In this document: positions 9,573 to 18,196 of the stretch, one piece after another | How the letters are laid out: each line of letters opens with the position of its first letter | Position numbering within the stretch: the stretch's first letter is position 1 | Assembly (NCBI GenBank): GCA_020435705.1 | Contig: JAGQZG010000001.1 | Span: 1 to 48,840, forward strand | Length of the DNA stretch: 48,840 nucleotides | Origin: Mangrovimonas sp. | GTDB lineage: Bacteria > Bacteroidota > Bacteroidia > Flavobacteriales > Flavobacteriaceae | Direction: 5' to 3' | The notes under the pieces: model-generated | What the model saw: only the letters and a program-made list of their open reading frames with translations | Database searches by the model: none | What the model was told of the DNA's origin: nothing | Position numbers and translations under genes: made by a program

Positions 9573-10904
9573 ATGAAAACCTTAATTAAAAATGCCAAAA
9601 TAGTTAATGAAAACAAGATTTTTGAAGGTGATATTTTAATTGAAGGTGAATACATTAAAGCAATTGACAGAGAGATCCTAGCCAAAGATGCTCAAGTGAT
9701 TGATGTTAAAGGAAATTACGTGATTCCGGGGGCCATTGATGACCAAGTCCATTTTCGCGAACCGGGACTGACTCACAAAGCCACAATAGAAACCGAATCC
9801 AAAGCAGCCTTGGCCGGTGGCATTACCTCGTTTATGGAAATGCCTAATACCAATCCGCAAACCACGACTATTAAAGCCCTTGAGGACAAGTTGGCCATTG
9901 CCCAAAAAACATCGTATGCCAACTATTCTTTCATGTTTGGGGGTACCAATGACAATTTGGAAGAGATTCTTAAAGTGAATCCTAAAGAAGTTCCGGCAAT
10001 CAAACTGTTTTTGGGTTCCTCTACAGGAAATATGCTGGTGGATGACCCCAAGGTGTTGGAAAACATTTTCAGTAATACCTCATTGCCCATAGCCGTTCAT
10101 TGTGAAGATGAAACCACGATAAAGAACAATCTTGAAAAGTATAAAGAAAAATATGGAGATGATATCCCAATACAATGCCATCCTGAAATACGAAGTGAAG
10201 AAGCCTGTTATTTATCCTCTTCAACGGCGATAGCATTGGCCAAAAAAACAGGAGCAAGATTGCATGTGTTTCATTTGTCAACGGGGAAAGAAACAGCACT
10301 TTTTGAAAATAACAAACCGTTAAAGGAAAAGAAAATCACGGCCGAAGTCTGCATTCACCATTTATGGTTTTCAGATAAAGATTATCAAGACAAAGGATCT
10401 TTGATAAAATGGAACCCTGCGGTGAAAACCGCCCAAGACAGGGACCAACTTTGGGAAGCCTTGTTAGACGATAGATTGGATGTTATTGCAACAGATCATG
10501 CGCCGCATACCTTAGAAGAAAAAGATAATGTTTACACAAAGGCACCTTCGGGCGGCCCATTAGTGCAGCATGCTCTGGTAGCGTTACTAGAAAAGCATTT
10601 GGAGGGCAAAATTTCTATAGAAAAAATTGTAGAGAAAATGTGCCATAATCCGGCAATTTTATTCGATATTGAAAATCGAGGCTACATTAAGGAAGGCTAT
10701 TTTGCTGATTTGGTCGTGCTGGATACCAACAAACCGTGGCGAGTTGAGAAAGAAAATATCCTCTACAAATGCGGCTGGTCACCGTTTGAAGGACACGTTT
10801 TCAAAAGCCAAGTGACACATACCTTTGTGAATGGCCATTTGGCTTACCACAATGGAAAAGTAAATGAGCAGCGTGCTAGTAAAAAACTAAGTTTCAAAAG
10901 ATGA
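9573..10904 (+). CDS. pyrC: dihydroorotase-like cyclic amidohydrolase
   Basis: Amidohydrolase metal-ligand blocks are DDQVHFREPG, AIKLFLG, VAVHCED, HVFHLST and ATDHAPH. The start is uncertain (GTG 9561, ATG 9564, ATG 9573). I chose 9573 because the N-terminus MKTLIKNAKIV resembles homologues I recall. Confidence 0.8.
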   Translation: MKTLIKNAKIVNENKIFEGDILIEGEYIKAIDREILAKDAQVIDVKGNYVIPGAIDDQVHFREPGLTHKATIETESKAALAGGITSFMEMPNTNPQTTTIKALEDKLAIAQKTSYANYSFMFGGTNDNLEEILKVNPKEVPAIKLFLGSSTGNMLVDDPKVLENIFSNTSLPIAVHCEDETTIKNNLEKYKEKYGDDIPIQCHPEIRSEEACYLSSSTAIALAKKTGARLHVFHLSTGKETALFENNKPLKEKKITAEVCIHHLWFSDKDYQDKGSLIKWNPAVKTAQDRDQLWEALLDDRLDVIATDHAPHTLEEKDNVYTKAPSGGPLVQHALVALLEKHLEGKISIEKIVEKMCHNPAILFDIENRGYIKEGYFADLVVLDTNKPWRVEKENILYKCGWSPFEGHVFKSQVTHTFVNGHLAYHNGKVNEQRASKKLSFKR

Positions 10905-11395
10905 AAAAAATCTTAGGGGTTGTGATGGTAATTGCATTGCTGTCATGCAATAATGTAAAGAAACCTAAAAAACCGGACAATCTTATTTCCAAAAAGGACA
11001 TGGTGAACATTCTTTTGGATATTTCCCTGTTGAAATCTTCCGAAGGTGTGAGCAAGGCCAAACTTGAAAATAACGGCTATACTTCAGAAAGCTATATTTT
11101 TAAAAGACACAATATAGACAGTGTGCAATTTGCTTTAAGCAACGAGTATTATTCCTACGATTTGAATACGTATTTGGAAATTTATCAAAAAGTTGAAGAC
11201 AGTTTAAAGAAACTTAAAACCTATTACGAGGAAAAGAAACAGGATGAGATTCAGGATAAAAAAAGAAAAGACTCAATTAAAAAACTTAGACCAAACGATA
11301 AAATCCAGCCTGAAAAAAAACAGAGGGATTCCATGAAACTTATAGATCCTGTTAACAGCAGTAATCCTGAAGAACAGCCTTTGGAGGCGTTTTAA
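10901..11395 (+). CDS. DUF4296-like lipoprotein
   Basis: It has the lipobox LLSC and a Lys/Glu-rich C-terminus. Its ATG overlaps the upstream TGA as ATGA, which suggests translational coupling. The family call is from memory of the dihydroorotase-adjacent gene in Flavobacteriia. Confidence 0.6.
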   Translation: MKKILGVVMVIALLSCNNVKKPKKPDNLISKKDMVNILLDISLLKSSEGVSKAKLENNGYTSESYIFKRHNIDSVQFALSNEYYSYDLNTYLEIYQKVEDSLKKLKTYYEEKKQDEIQDKKRKDSIKKLRPNDKIQPEKKQRDSMKLIDPVNSSNPEEQPLEAF

Positions 11396-12399
11396 AGTTC
11401 TTTTTGGTACAACTTACAACATTCTTTGATGCTCTCTTCCATAGGGTTAAATGAGAGATTCAGTGCTTTCTTAATTTTAGAGTTGTCATACGTGCTGGTA
11501 GAACAGGCTGTTTTGGCCAATTGTTTTGTTAGTTGGCGGCGCTTGCCCGAAAGTTTATGCCATAACCAATCAAATCGCCAAGCTACCTGCAATTGCCAAG
11601 GTTTAACATCCTTACGAACCAAGGGCTTTCCAAATTGAGTATTGATTACATTAAAGAACTTCTTGGTAGGCCAAGTTTCGGAAACCAGAACATAACGCTG
11701 GTTGGTGTGGTTTTCGTCCATTAGCCTCACCATGCAATTTGTAACATCATGAATGCCAATAAGTGAAATGGAACCTGGCGGTGCATATATGTGGCCTTTG
11801 TATCCGTTTTTAATAAAGCTGCCGCTGCCGTGTGACCAAATTCCTGGGCCAATAATAACACCGGGATTAACAATTACAACAGTTAAACCTTCTTGTACAC
11901 CACGCCAAACTTCCATTTCGGCACCGTGTTTTGTAATACCATAAACATGGTTGTCGGCATCATTGTTCCAATCCGTTTCCTCGGTTATGGGTTGGCCATT
12001 AATGCTATCTCCCAAAGCGGCTATGGAACTCACGTGACACAATTTTTCAACTCCTTTTTCAATGCAAAGATTAACCACATTTGCGGTGCCTTCAATGTTT
12101 ATTTTACGGAGTTGGTGGTATTTGTCGGGTTCAAAAGAGACAAAGGCTGCACAATGATAAACTTCGGTTACGCCATCAAATGCCTTTTCCAAAGAAGGAA
12201 TATCAGTAATATCGCCTTCAACCCATTCTATTTTGTTGAAATCCAATTCAGGATTTTCAGAATAATAGGAAAACACCTTTTTAACAATTTCAAGTTTTTT
12301 CTCCCTTCGGTAAAGTGCTTTTACGGGTGTGTTTTTTTGAATCAACTTAAACAAAAGATGACTGCCCAACATGCCCGTACCGCCAGTAACTAATATCAT
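11392..12399 (-). CDS. NAD-dependent epimerase/dehydratase family (extended SDR) protein
   Basis: It has the motif MILVTGGTGMLGSHL and the YxxxK motif YGITK. The ATG at 12399 is preferred. The 41-codon upstream extension in the ORF track would run across the tyrS promoter and start. Confidence 0.85.
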   Translation of the reverse strand: MILVTGGTGMLGSHLLFKLIQKNTPVKALYRREKKLEIVKKVFSYYSENPELDFNKIEWVEGDITDIPSLEKAFDGVTEVYHCAAFVSFEPDKYHQLRKINIEGTANVVNLCIEKGVEKLCHVSSIAALGDSINGQPITEETDWNNDADNHVYGITKHGAEMEVWRGVQEGLTVVIVNPGVIIGPGIWSHGSGSFIKNGYKGHIYAPPGSISLIGIHDVTNCMVRLMDENHTNQRYVLVSETWPTKKFFNVINTQFGKPLVRKDVKPWQLQVAWRFDWLWHKLSGKRRQLTKQLAKTACSTSTYDNSKIKKALNLSFNPMEESIKECCKLYQKEL

Positions 12400-12452
12400 G
12401 TTCCCAAAGTAAAGAAATTTTAAGAATGCCTGCCTAATTAGTGGGGTATTTT

Positions 12453-12460
12453 TATCTTTG
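12453..12460 (+). promoter_or_regulatory. putative -7 box for tyrS
   Basis: tatctttg matches TAnnTTTG and lies 22 nt upstream of the ATG at 12482. This argues against the 12458 start. Confidence 0.45.
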
Positions 12461-12481
12461 CCAAAGCTTAAAAAAGACCAA

Positions 12482-13777
12482 ATGATTACCAATTTTATTG
12501 AAGAACTGAAATGGCGAGACATGATTCATGATGTTATGCCAGGAGCCGAAGAACATCTTATGGAAGCCATGCGAAGCGCCTATGTGGGCTTTGATCCCAC
12601 GGCCGATTCGTTGCACATTGGTAATTTGGTCCCTATTATGTTGTTGGCCCATTTTCAACGGGCTGGGCACAGACCCGTGGCATTGGTAGGAGGCGCCACC
12701 GGGATGATTGGTGACCCCTCGGGAAAATCCAGCGAGCGCAATTTGTTGGATGAACCTACGCTAAGACACAATCAGGAAGCGGTAAAAAAACAGTTGTCTC
12801 ATTTTTTGGATTTTGATAGCCAAGCCGATAATGCGGCTATATTGGTGAATAATTATGATTGGATGAAGGAATTCTCATTCCTTGGGTTCATTCGCGATGT
12901 GGGTAAGCATATTACCGTAAATTATATGATGGCCAAGGATTCTGTTAAAAATAGAATTTCTTCAGAATCTTCTGAAGGCATGAGCTTTACAGAGTTTACT
13001 TACCAATTGGTTCAAGGGTATGATTTTCTTCATTTGTACAGAAACCACGACTGTACTTTGCAAATGGGTGGCAGTGACCAATGGGGCAATATTACCACGG
13101 GAACAGAACTCATTCGCAGAATAGGTGATGGTAAAGGCTATGCCATTACTTGCCCCTTGATTACAAAAAGTGACGGGTCTAAATTTGGGAAAAGTGAAGG
13201 TGGCAACGTGTGGTTGGATGCGAATAGAACCTCTCCGTACAAGTTTTACCAGTATTGGTTAAACTCTAGTGACGAAGACGCCCAAAAATATATCAAAATC
13301 TTTACCTTCCTTTCAAAAGAAGCTATTGAGGACTTGACCAAAGAGCACCAAGAAGCCCCCCATTTAAGAGTTCTTCAAAAAAGATTGGCTAAAGAAATAA
13401 CCATAATGGTACATTCTGAAGCAGAATTTGAAAATGCCGAGAAAGCATCGCAAATTTTGTTTAGTAATTCCTTTAAGGAAGACCTCAAATCCCTGGATGA
13501 AAAAACATTTTTGGATGTATTTGAAGGCGTGCCTCAAGCCGAAATCCCTAAATCTGAAATTGAAGCAGGCTTGGATATGATTGCGGCTTTGGCTGCAAAA
13601 ACCAATTTCTTGGCTTCCAATGGCGAAGCGAGACGAGCGTTAAAGGAAAATTCTATTTCAGTGAATAAAGATAAGGTTGATGAAGCCTATCACATTACAG
13701 CAGAAGACTTGATCAATACTAAATATGTGATTCTCAACAAAGGGAAGAAAAACACTTATATCATTAAGGCAGTATAA
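12482..13777 (+). CDS. tyrS: tyrosine--tRNA ligase
   Basis: It has the class I HIGH motif (SLHIGNL), the KMSKS variant KFGKS, and a C-terminal S4-like domain. Length is 431 aa from the ATG at 12482. Confidence 0.95.
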   Translation: MITNFIEELKWRDMIHDVMPGAEEHLMEAMRSAYVGFDPTADSLHIGNLVPIMLLAHFQRAGHRPVALVGGATGMIGDPSGKSSERNLLDEPTLRHNQEAVKKQLSHFLDFDSQADNAAILVNNYDWMKEFSFLGFIRDVGKHITVNYMMAKDSVKNRISSESSEGMSFTEFTYQLVQGYDFLHLYRNHDCTLQMGGSDQWGNITTGTELIRRIGDGKGYAITCPLITKSDGSKFGKSEGGNVWLDANRTSPYKFYQYWLNSSDEDAQKYIKIFTFLSKEAIEDLTKEHQEAPHLRVLQKRLAKEITIMVHSEAEFENAEKASQILFSNSFKEDLKSLDEKTFLDVFEGVPQAEIPKSEIEAGLDMIAALAAKTNFLASNGEARRALKENSISVNKDKVDEAYHITAEDLINTKYVILNKGKKNTYIIKAV

Positions 13778-13810
13778 AAAAGTAAGGCTCGTAAAAAAAG
13801 AGCCTTACTT
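13776..13810. terminator. hairpin terminator between convergent tyrS and the LuxE-like gene
   Basis: The hairpin is gtaaggctc-(9 nt)-gagccttac. Read on the minus strand it is followed by T6, while the plus-strand tail is weak (tt). Confidence 0.6.
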
Positions 13811-13884
13811 CAAAACTAACCAATCAATCAACTAAAAAATCTTTCTTTTTCAGCACTTAATTGGTCGGTATATTTATAAGCACC

Positions 13885-14865
13885 TTACAAGACCATTAGA
13901 TTACAGCCTCTAATATCCGAACTGTCAAATCTCCCAAGGATTTCAAAGGAATTATCAGGGTATACTTTGCCCAAATCCTGAGTGGCAATAAATGAACAGG
14001 AATATAGGTTAGCCAAATCAATAACATTTACACCGCCAGTTTGTGGGGTGTTAAGGATAGTAAGGGCGTCTTCGGTATCCCGAGTTAAAACTCGCATCCA
14101 GTTGGGGCATTGGAACAGGCCATTTCCTTTGGAATAGGCTTGGCTTAAAAGTTCGGTCATGCCATATTCACTATGTATTCTGGAAACCCCAAAACCCTTT
14201 TTGAGAATGTTATGTAGTTCGGTTCTAATCAACTCTTTGCGTCGTCCTTTCATCCCGCCGGTTTCCATGACTATGGTGTTTTTTAAGTGGAAATTATGGT
14301 TTTCCACTAAATCCAGCAAAGCAAAGGATACTCCAATGAGCAGTGTTTTTTCATTCTTAGTTTCCAATTCCAACATCAGCTTGGCCAAAGCTTCTAAATT
14401 GTTAAGGTAAAATCCGCTTTTCGGTTTTTTGCTCTGCGAAATAAGTTCTTCAACCATATAAATTAAAGAAGAACCTTCACGTTCCAGATAAGAAGGAAGC
14501 AGTGCTAAAATGGTGTATTCTTCAGCAGCGCCATAAAATTGCTTGAAACCTTCCAAAAAGCTTTGTTTGTATAGTTTCTGGCTGGCAACAAAATGCTTAC
14601 TGGTAATTTGCCCCGTAGTTCCTGAACTGGTGAAAATGGTTTCGGCTGAAAATCCTTCACATAAAACGGCATGCGATTTAAAAAATTGAATAGGCAAAAA
14701 GGGGATGTCCTTAAGACACGTGACGTCAGAATGATAAATGTTCAACAAATCACAGAAAGATCTGTACACAGGATTGTTTTCAAACTGAAATCGAAACGTG
14801 GCCAAAGCTAGGGTTTCAAAATCAGTTTCAGATTGGATACTGAATATGTCTTGGGTATTTATCAT
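13885..14865 (-). CDS. LuxE-like acyl-protein synthetase / adenylate-forming acyl transferase
   Basis: It has ANL-type motifs FTSSGTTGQ and YGMTE, plus ETGGMKG. Size is about 326 aa. The ATG at 14865 is preferred over the TTG at 14874. Confidence 0.7.
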   Translation of the reverse strand: MINTQDIFSIQSETDFETLALATFRFQFENNPVYRSFCDLLNIYHSDVTCLKDIPFLPIQFFKSHAVLCEGFSAETIFTSSGTTGQITSKHFVASQKLYKQSFLEGFKQFYGAAEEYTILALLPSYLEREGSSLIYMVEELISQSKKPKSGFYLNNLEALAKLMLELETKNEKTLLIGVSFALLDLVENHNFHLKNTIVMETGGMKGRRKELIRTELHNILKKGFGVSRIHSEYGMTELLSQAYSKGNGLFQCPNWMRVLTRDTEDALTILNTPQTGGVNVIDLANLYSCSFIATQDLGKVYPDNSFEILGRFDSSDIRGCNLMVL

Positions 14866-14875
14866 TAAAGGCAAA

Positions 14876-14904
14876 AATAAAAAAAGCGCTACCGAAGTAA
14901 CGCT
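14876..14904 (-). terminator. rho-independent terminator of the LTD/T9SS gene
   Basis: On the minus strand the hairpin is agcgttac-ttcg-gtagcgct, with a UUCG-type loop and one G-U pair, followed by T7. Confidence 0.7.
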
Positions 14905-14928
14905 TTCTTTAAAATGTATTTGGAAAAA

Positions 14929-17253
14929 TTATTTAACAATCAGTTTTTTGGTTACTGATTTTCCGTTTTGGGAAATATTCATGATATACATCCCTGAAGT
15001 CAAGTTAGAGATATCCAATTGACTTGAAACAGTTTCGTTTTTCACTAGTTTTCCTAAGATGTCAAAAACTTTAACGTCTACTGATTGACCGTTGGCACTT
15101 ATAATATTTACGTATCCTAAATCAGTAGGGTTAGGGTAAACTTTAAGAGAACCATTGTTAAAATCGGCAATAGATAATGTATAGTCGTTCATGGCACCTG
15201 GAGTACCTATATCACCACTACCATAAGTAGCAGTACCTTCACCCCAGTTAGATCCTAGGTCATTATCGGTACTGTTCATAGCCGTAGTTGATAATTGCAT
15301 AGAAGAACCAGCTGGGTCTGGGAAATTTGGGCCACCATCGTAAGCTACCATATCAATTATGGTACTGGAACAAGTAAGGATGACTTCGTCATCACTATTA
15401 CTTAGTGTAAAACTTGAATACACATAGTCAACAGTAACACCACCATTAGTACCCAAATCGCCATTGATTCCTAATACGGCATAACCACCAGCAGGGACAA
15501 CAAGGGAAGAACCAATAGTGTGAGAGTCTGTCCCTGCATCACTTATAGTCCAGCCTTGCATATCAATTGGAGAACCAGTTGTATTGAAAACCTCAAACCA
15601 TTCACCATCGGTATCATTCACAGCGTTAGGATTTTGCATAATTTCTGTAATGATAATATCACCTACATTAGGACAACCTACAGGGTCACAAATATTACTA
15701 GGAATAGTTCCTGAAATTGTAGTTCCATCACAATTACCGCCATTGATTGTAATGTTCCAAGCATCGCCTTCTAAAAGACCGGTTAACGTGATAGTGCCAT
15801 CGGCAGTTACAGCTGGATCATCGCCAGCAACACTACCTGGAGTTGATGTAGTCACTGAAGTGATTGTTGCATCAGAACCAGAATAAGGAATTTCAACAGT
15901 TACGGTATCGTTACCTGCACCAGAGGTATTGGACTGACAAGCATAAGTTTCAGTACCTAAAGTTACGGCGCACAAACCGCAATCTGAAGTTGGTCTAGTG
16001 CCTAAAACTGGGCATGAACCATAAGCCTCTAGAGCAATATTGGACAAACTCCAAGAAGAATAACTATCTACACCGTCATCATTATAGTTTACACCTAAGT
16101 ATACAGTTGTTCCGGAAACTGAGGATAAATCTACTTCGTAAGATCCAGAGTCAGTAAGTGTTTGCAATACATTCCAGCTAGTACCACTTGGGCAACCAGA
16201 ATAAGATGTCGCATAATTGATTGTTAAGTCAGTTCCACTGAAACTTTCAGCTGCATCAAAAGCAAGTGCAAGGTCAGACACAGAACTCATATCAAGAGGG
16301 CCAAAAATTAACCAAGTATCTACCAGTTCAACACAGCTTCCACCACAGTATCCATTCATTGTATAAGTTCCAGAAGAATATTGCCATTCATCGCTATCAA
16401 TGTTTGTTGCAACAGTTACCATTTCAAAAAGTTCACCACCATTACTTAGATCAAAACAAGTATTTGGTGCTGGATCACAATGGTCAGAAGGAATAGTACC
16501 AGAAACAGTCATGCCATCACAGTCACCACCATTGATTGTAACATCCCAAGCATCACCTTCTCCAAGGTTAGAAAGGGTAATGGTTCCATTAGCAGTTACA
16601 GCTGGGTCATCACCACCTACAGAACCAGGTGTTGAAGTAGTTACCGAAGTAATACTAGCATCAGAACCAGTGTAAGGGATAGAAATAGTTACGGTATCGT
16701 TATTGTCGCCTACAGTATTGGAAACGCATGAGTAGTCAACAGCACCAAGAACAACACCACAGGCAGTAGAATATCCTGTCCAAGTTACATTATCTACAAC
16801 TACTTGACCATCACTATTATTAACATTGATGAATTTTATCACGACATCACCAGGCTGATTAACAGTGATAGAGCCTGAAGCTTTCACCACGTTTTGCTCA
16901 CCAGAAGAAGTGACAGTTCCGTAAACCACATCATTAACCAAAACAGTTAAGTTTACGTTAGTAGAGAAGGCTTGCATGTAGTCAAAACTGATGGTTCCTA
17001 CGCCTCCGGGAATAATACCGGAATAAAACTCTGATTGCGGAGACCTGTTTCTTCCTATCATAATGGATTGCCCCGTGATTTGAACATCACCTCTACATTG
17101 AACGTGCGTCCAAATTGAACCATCTTGTCCAGTAAAACTACCATCTACATAAGATGAAGAAGTGGATGGGAAATTGTCAAAAGTTTCAGTTCCCTGAGAA
17201 AACCCTAAAGAGGACACAAGGATTGAAACAATTAAAAAGTAAAGTTTTTTCAT
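14929..17253 (-). CDS. large secreted multidomain protein with a lamin-tail domain (LTD) and a T9SS C-terminal sorting domain
   Basis: It has a signal peptide, two ~95-aa internal repeats, and an LTD signature (ITEIMQNPNAVNDTDGEWFEVFNTTGSPIDMQGWTISD). The C-terminal sorting domain runs from KVYPNPTDLGYV to KKLIVK. Confidence 0.8.
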   Translation of the reverse strand: MKKLYFLIVSILVSSLGFSQGTETFDNFPSTSSSYVDGSFTGQDGSIWTHVQCRGDVQITGQSIMIGRNRSPQSEFYSGIIPGGVGTISFDYMQAFSTNVNLTVLVNDVVYGTVTSSGEQNVVKASGSITVNQPGDVVIKFINVNNSDGQVVVDNVTWTGYSTACGVVLGAVDYSCVSNTVGDNNDTVTISIPYTGSDASITSVTTSTPGSVGGDDPAVTANGTITLSNLGEGDAWDVTINGGDCDGMTVSGTIPSDHCDPAPNTCFDLSNGGELFEMVTVATNIDSDEWQYSSGTYTMNGYCGGSCVELVDTWLIFGPLDMSSVSDLALAFDAAESFSGTDLTINYATSYSGCPSGTSWNVLQTLTDSGSYEVDLSSVSGTTVYLGVNYNDDGVDSYSSWSLSNIALEAYGSCPVLGTRPTSDCGLCAVTLGTETYACQSNTSGAGNDTVTVEIPYSGSDATITSVTTSTPGSVAGDDPAVTADGTITLTGLLEGDAWNITINGGNCDGTTISGTIPSNICDPVGCPNVGDIIITEIMQNPNAVNDTDGEWFEVFNTTGSPIDMQGWTISDAGTDSHTIGSSLVVPAGGYAVLGINGDLGTNGGVTVDYVYSSFTLSNSDDEVILTCSSTIIDMVAYDGGPNFPDPAGSSMQLSTTAMNSTDNDLGSNWGEGTATYGSGDIGTPGAMNDYTLSIADFNNGSLKVYPNPTDLGYVNIISANGQSVDVKVFDILGKLVKNETVSSQLDISNLTSGMYIMNISQNGKSVTKKLIVK
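15685..15972 (-). repeat. intragenic repeat, copy 2 (aa ~428-523 of the LTD protein)
   Basis: The sequence is CAVTLGTETYACQSNTSGAGNDTVTVEIPYSGSDATITSVTTSTPGSVAGDDPAVTADGTITLTGLLEGDAWNITINGGNCDGTTISGTIPSNICDP. It parallels copy 1 residue for residue. Confidence 0.85.
16471..16761 (-). repeat. intragenic repeat, copy 1 (aa ~165-261 of the LTD protein)
   Basis: The sequence is CGVVLGAVDYSCVSNTVGDNNDTVTISIPYTGSDASITSVTTSTPGSVGGDDPAVTANGTITLSNLGEGDAWDVTINGGDCDGMTVSGTIPSDHCDP. The nucleotide-level similarity also shows up as two look-alike plus-strand shadow ORFs. Confidence 0.85.
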
Positions 17254-17280
17254 AACTAAAGTTTAAGTGTTTTTGAGTTC

Positions 17281-17288
17281 CAAAGATA
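17281..17288 (-). promoter_or_regulatory. putative -7 box for the LTD/T9SS gene
   Basis: Plus-strand caaagata is tatctttg on the minus strand (TAnnTTTG). It lies 28 nt upstream of the ATG at 17253. Confidence 0.4.
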
Positions 17289-17476
17289 GTAATATTTATG
17301 CTTTTAAAAGTGCGGCATGCTATTTAAAAATGCTTATTTACAAAAAGATAACATTTTTTACGTCAGAATTTTTCTTACATTGTATAGGCATCTCCTCTAA
17401 AGTTAATAATATGTAATCTACATGTTACTTAATTATTATTTATCTTAGTGAAAAAATAAATCAGTGTTATTAATTC

Positions 17477-17484
17477 TATCTTTG
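17477..17484 (+). promoter_or_regulatory. putative -7 box for the response regulator/kinase operon
   Basis: tatctttg matches TAnnTTTG and lies 27 nt upstream of the ATG at 17511. Confidence 0.4.
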
Positions 17485-17510
17485 GAGGGTTTAAGTAACC
17501 TAACCTTGAC

Positions 17511-18194
17511 ATGAAGAAAAAAGACATTAAAATACTTTTAGTTGATGACGAACCGGATATCCTTGAGATTGTAGGTTACAACCTTACCGCCGAAGGGTAT
17601 CATATTTCTACTGCCGAAAACGGTATTGAAGCTGTTAAGAAGGCGAAAAAGGAATTGCCACATCTTATTATTTTGGATGTTATGATGCCTGAAATGGACG
17701 GTATTGAAGCCTGTGAACAAATCCGTCGAATTCCTGAACTACAGGAAACCATTATAACGTTTCTTACGGCTAGGGGTGAAGATTACTCTCAAGTAGCAGG
17801 CTTTGAAGCTGGAGCCGATGATTACATTACCAAACCCATTAAACCAAAGGTCTTAGTGAGTAAGGTAAAAGCGCTCTTGAGACGCCTTAAGGAAGATGAA
17901 GCGGTAGACTCGGTGGTAAAGTTAAGCGGCTTGACCATCAACAGAGATGAATATAAAATTGTTCTTAAGGGCAAGGAAATCGTGTTGCCAAGAAAAGAGT
18001 TTGAATTACTGTCACTTTTGGCCTCCAAGCCGGGTAAAGTATTTAAGCGTGAAGAAATACTGGACAAGGTTTGGGGCAATGAAGTGGTTGTAGGAGGTAG
18101 AACCATTGACGTGCACATTAGGAAATTAAGAGAAAAAATAGGCGATAAATCATTTAAAACGGTGAAAGGCGTTGGCTACAAGTTCGTTGAATAA
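17511..18194 (+). CDS. OmpR/PhoB-type response regulator
   Basis: The receiver domain has LLVDDE and the phospho-acceptor context ILDVMMP. The C-terminal winged-helix domain includes VWG...RTIDVHIRKLREK and GVGYKF. Confidence 0.9.
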   Translation: MKKKDIKILLVDDEPDILEIVGYNLTAEGYHISTAENGIEAVKKAKKELPHLIILDVMMPEMDGIEACEQIRRIPELQETIITFLTARGEDYSQVAGFEAGADDYITKPIKPKVLVSKVKALLRRLKEDEAVDSVVKLSGLTINRDEYKIVLKGKEIVLPRKEFELLSLLASKPGKVFKREEILDKVWGNEVVVGGRTIDVHIRKLREKIGDKSFKTVKGVGYKFVE

Positions 18195-18196
18195 TA

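Noticed and set aside
12400-12522. A 41-codon extension of the epimerase ORF, together with the 12458 alternative start of tyrS.
   Set aside because: The extension runs through the tyrS -7 box and start, and the Rossmann motif begins right at the ATG at 12399. For tyrS, the TAnnTTTG box at 12453-12460 overlaps the 12458 start, so the ATG at 12482 is preferred.
15584-16675. Two plus-strand ORFs (15584-15886 and 16400-16675) with strikingly similar Pro/Ser/Val-rich translations.
   Set aside because: Their similarity is a by-product of the internal duplication in the minus-strand LTD/T9SS gene. Both lie antisense to the two repeat copies.
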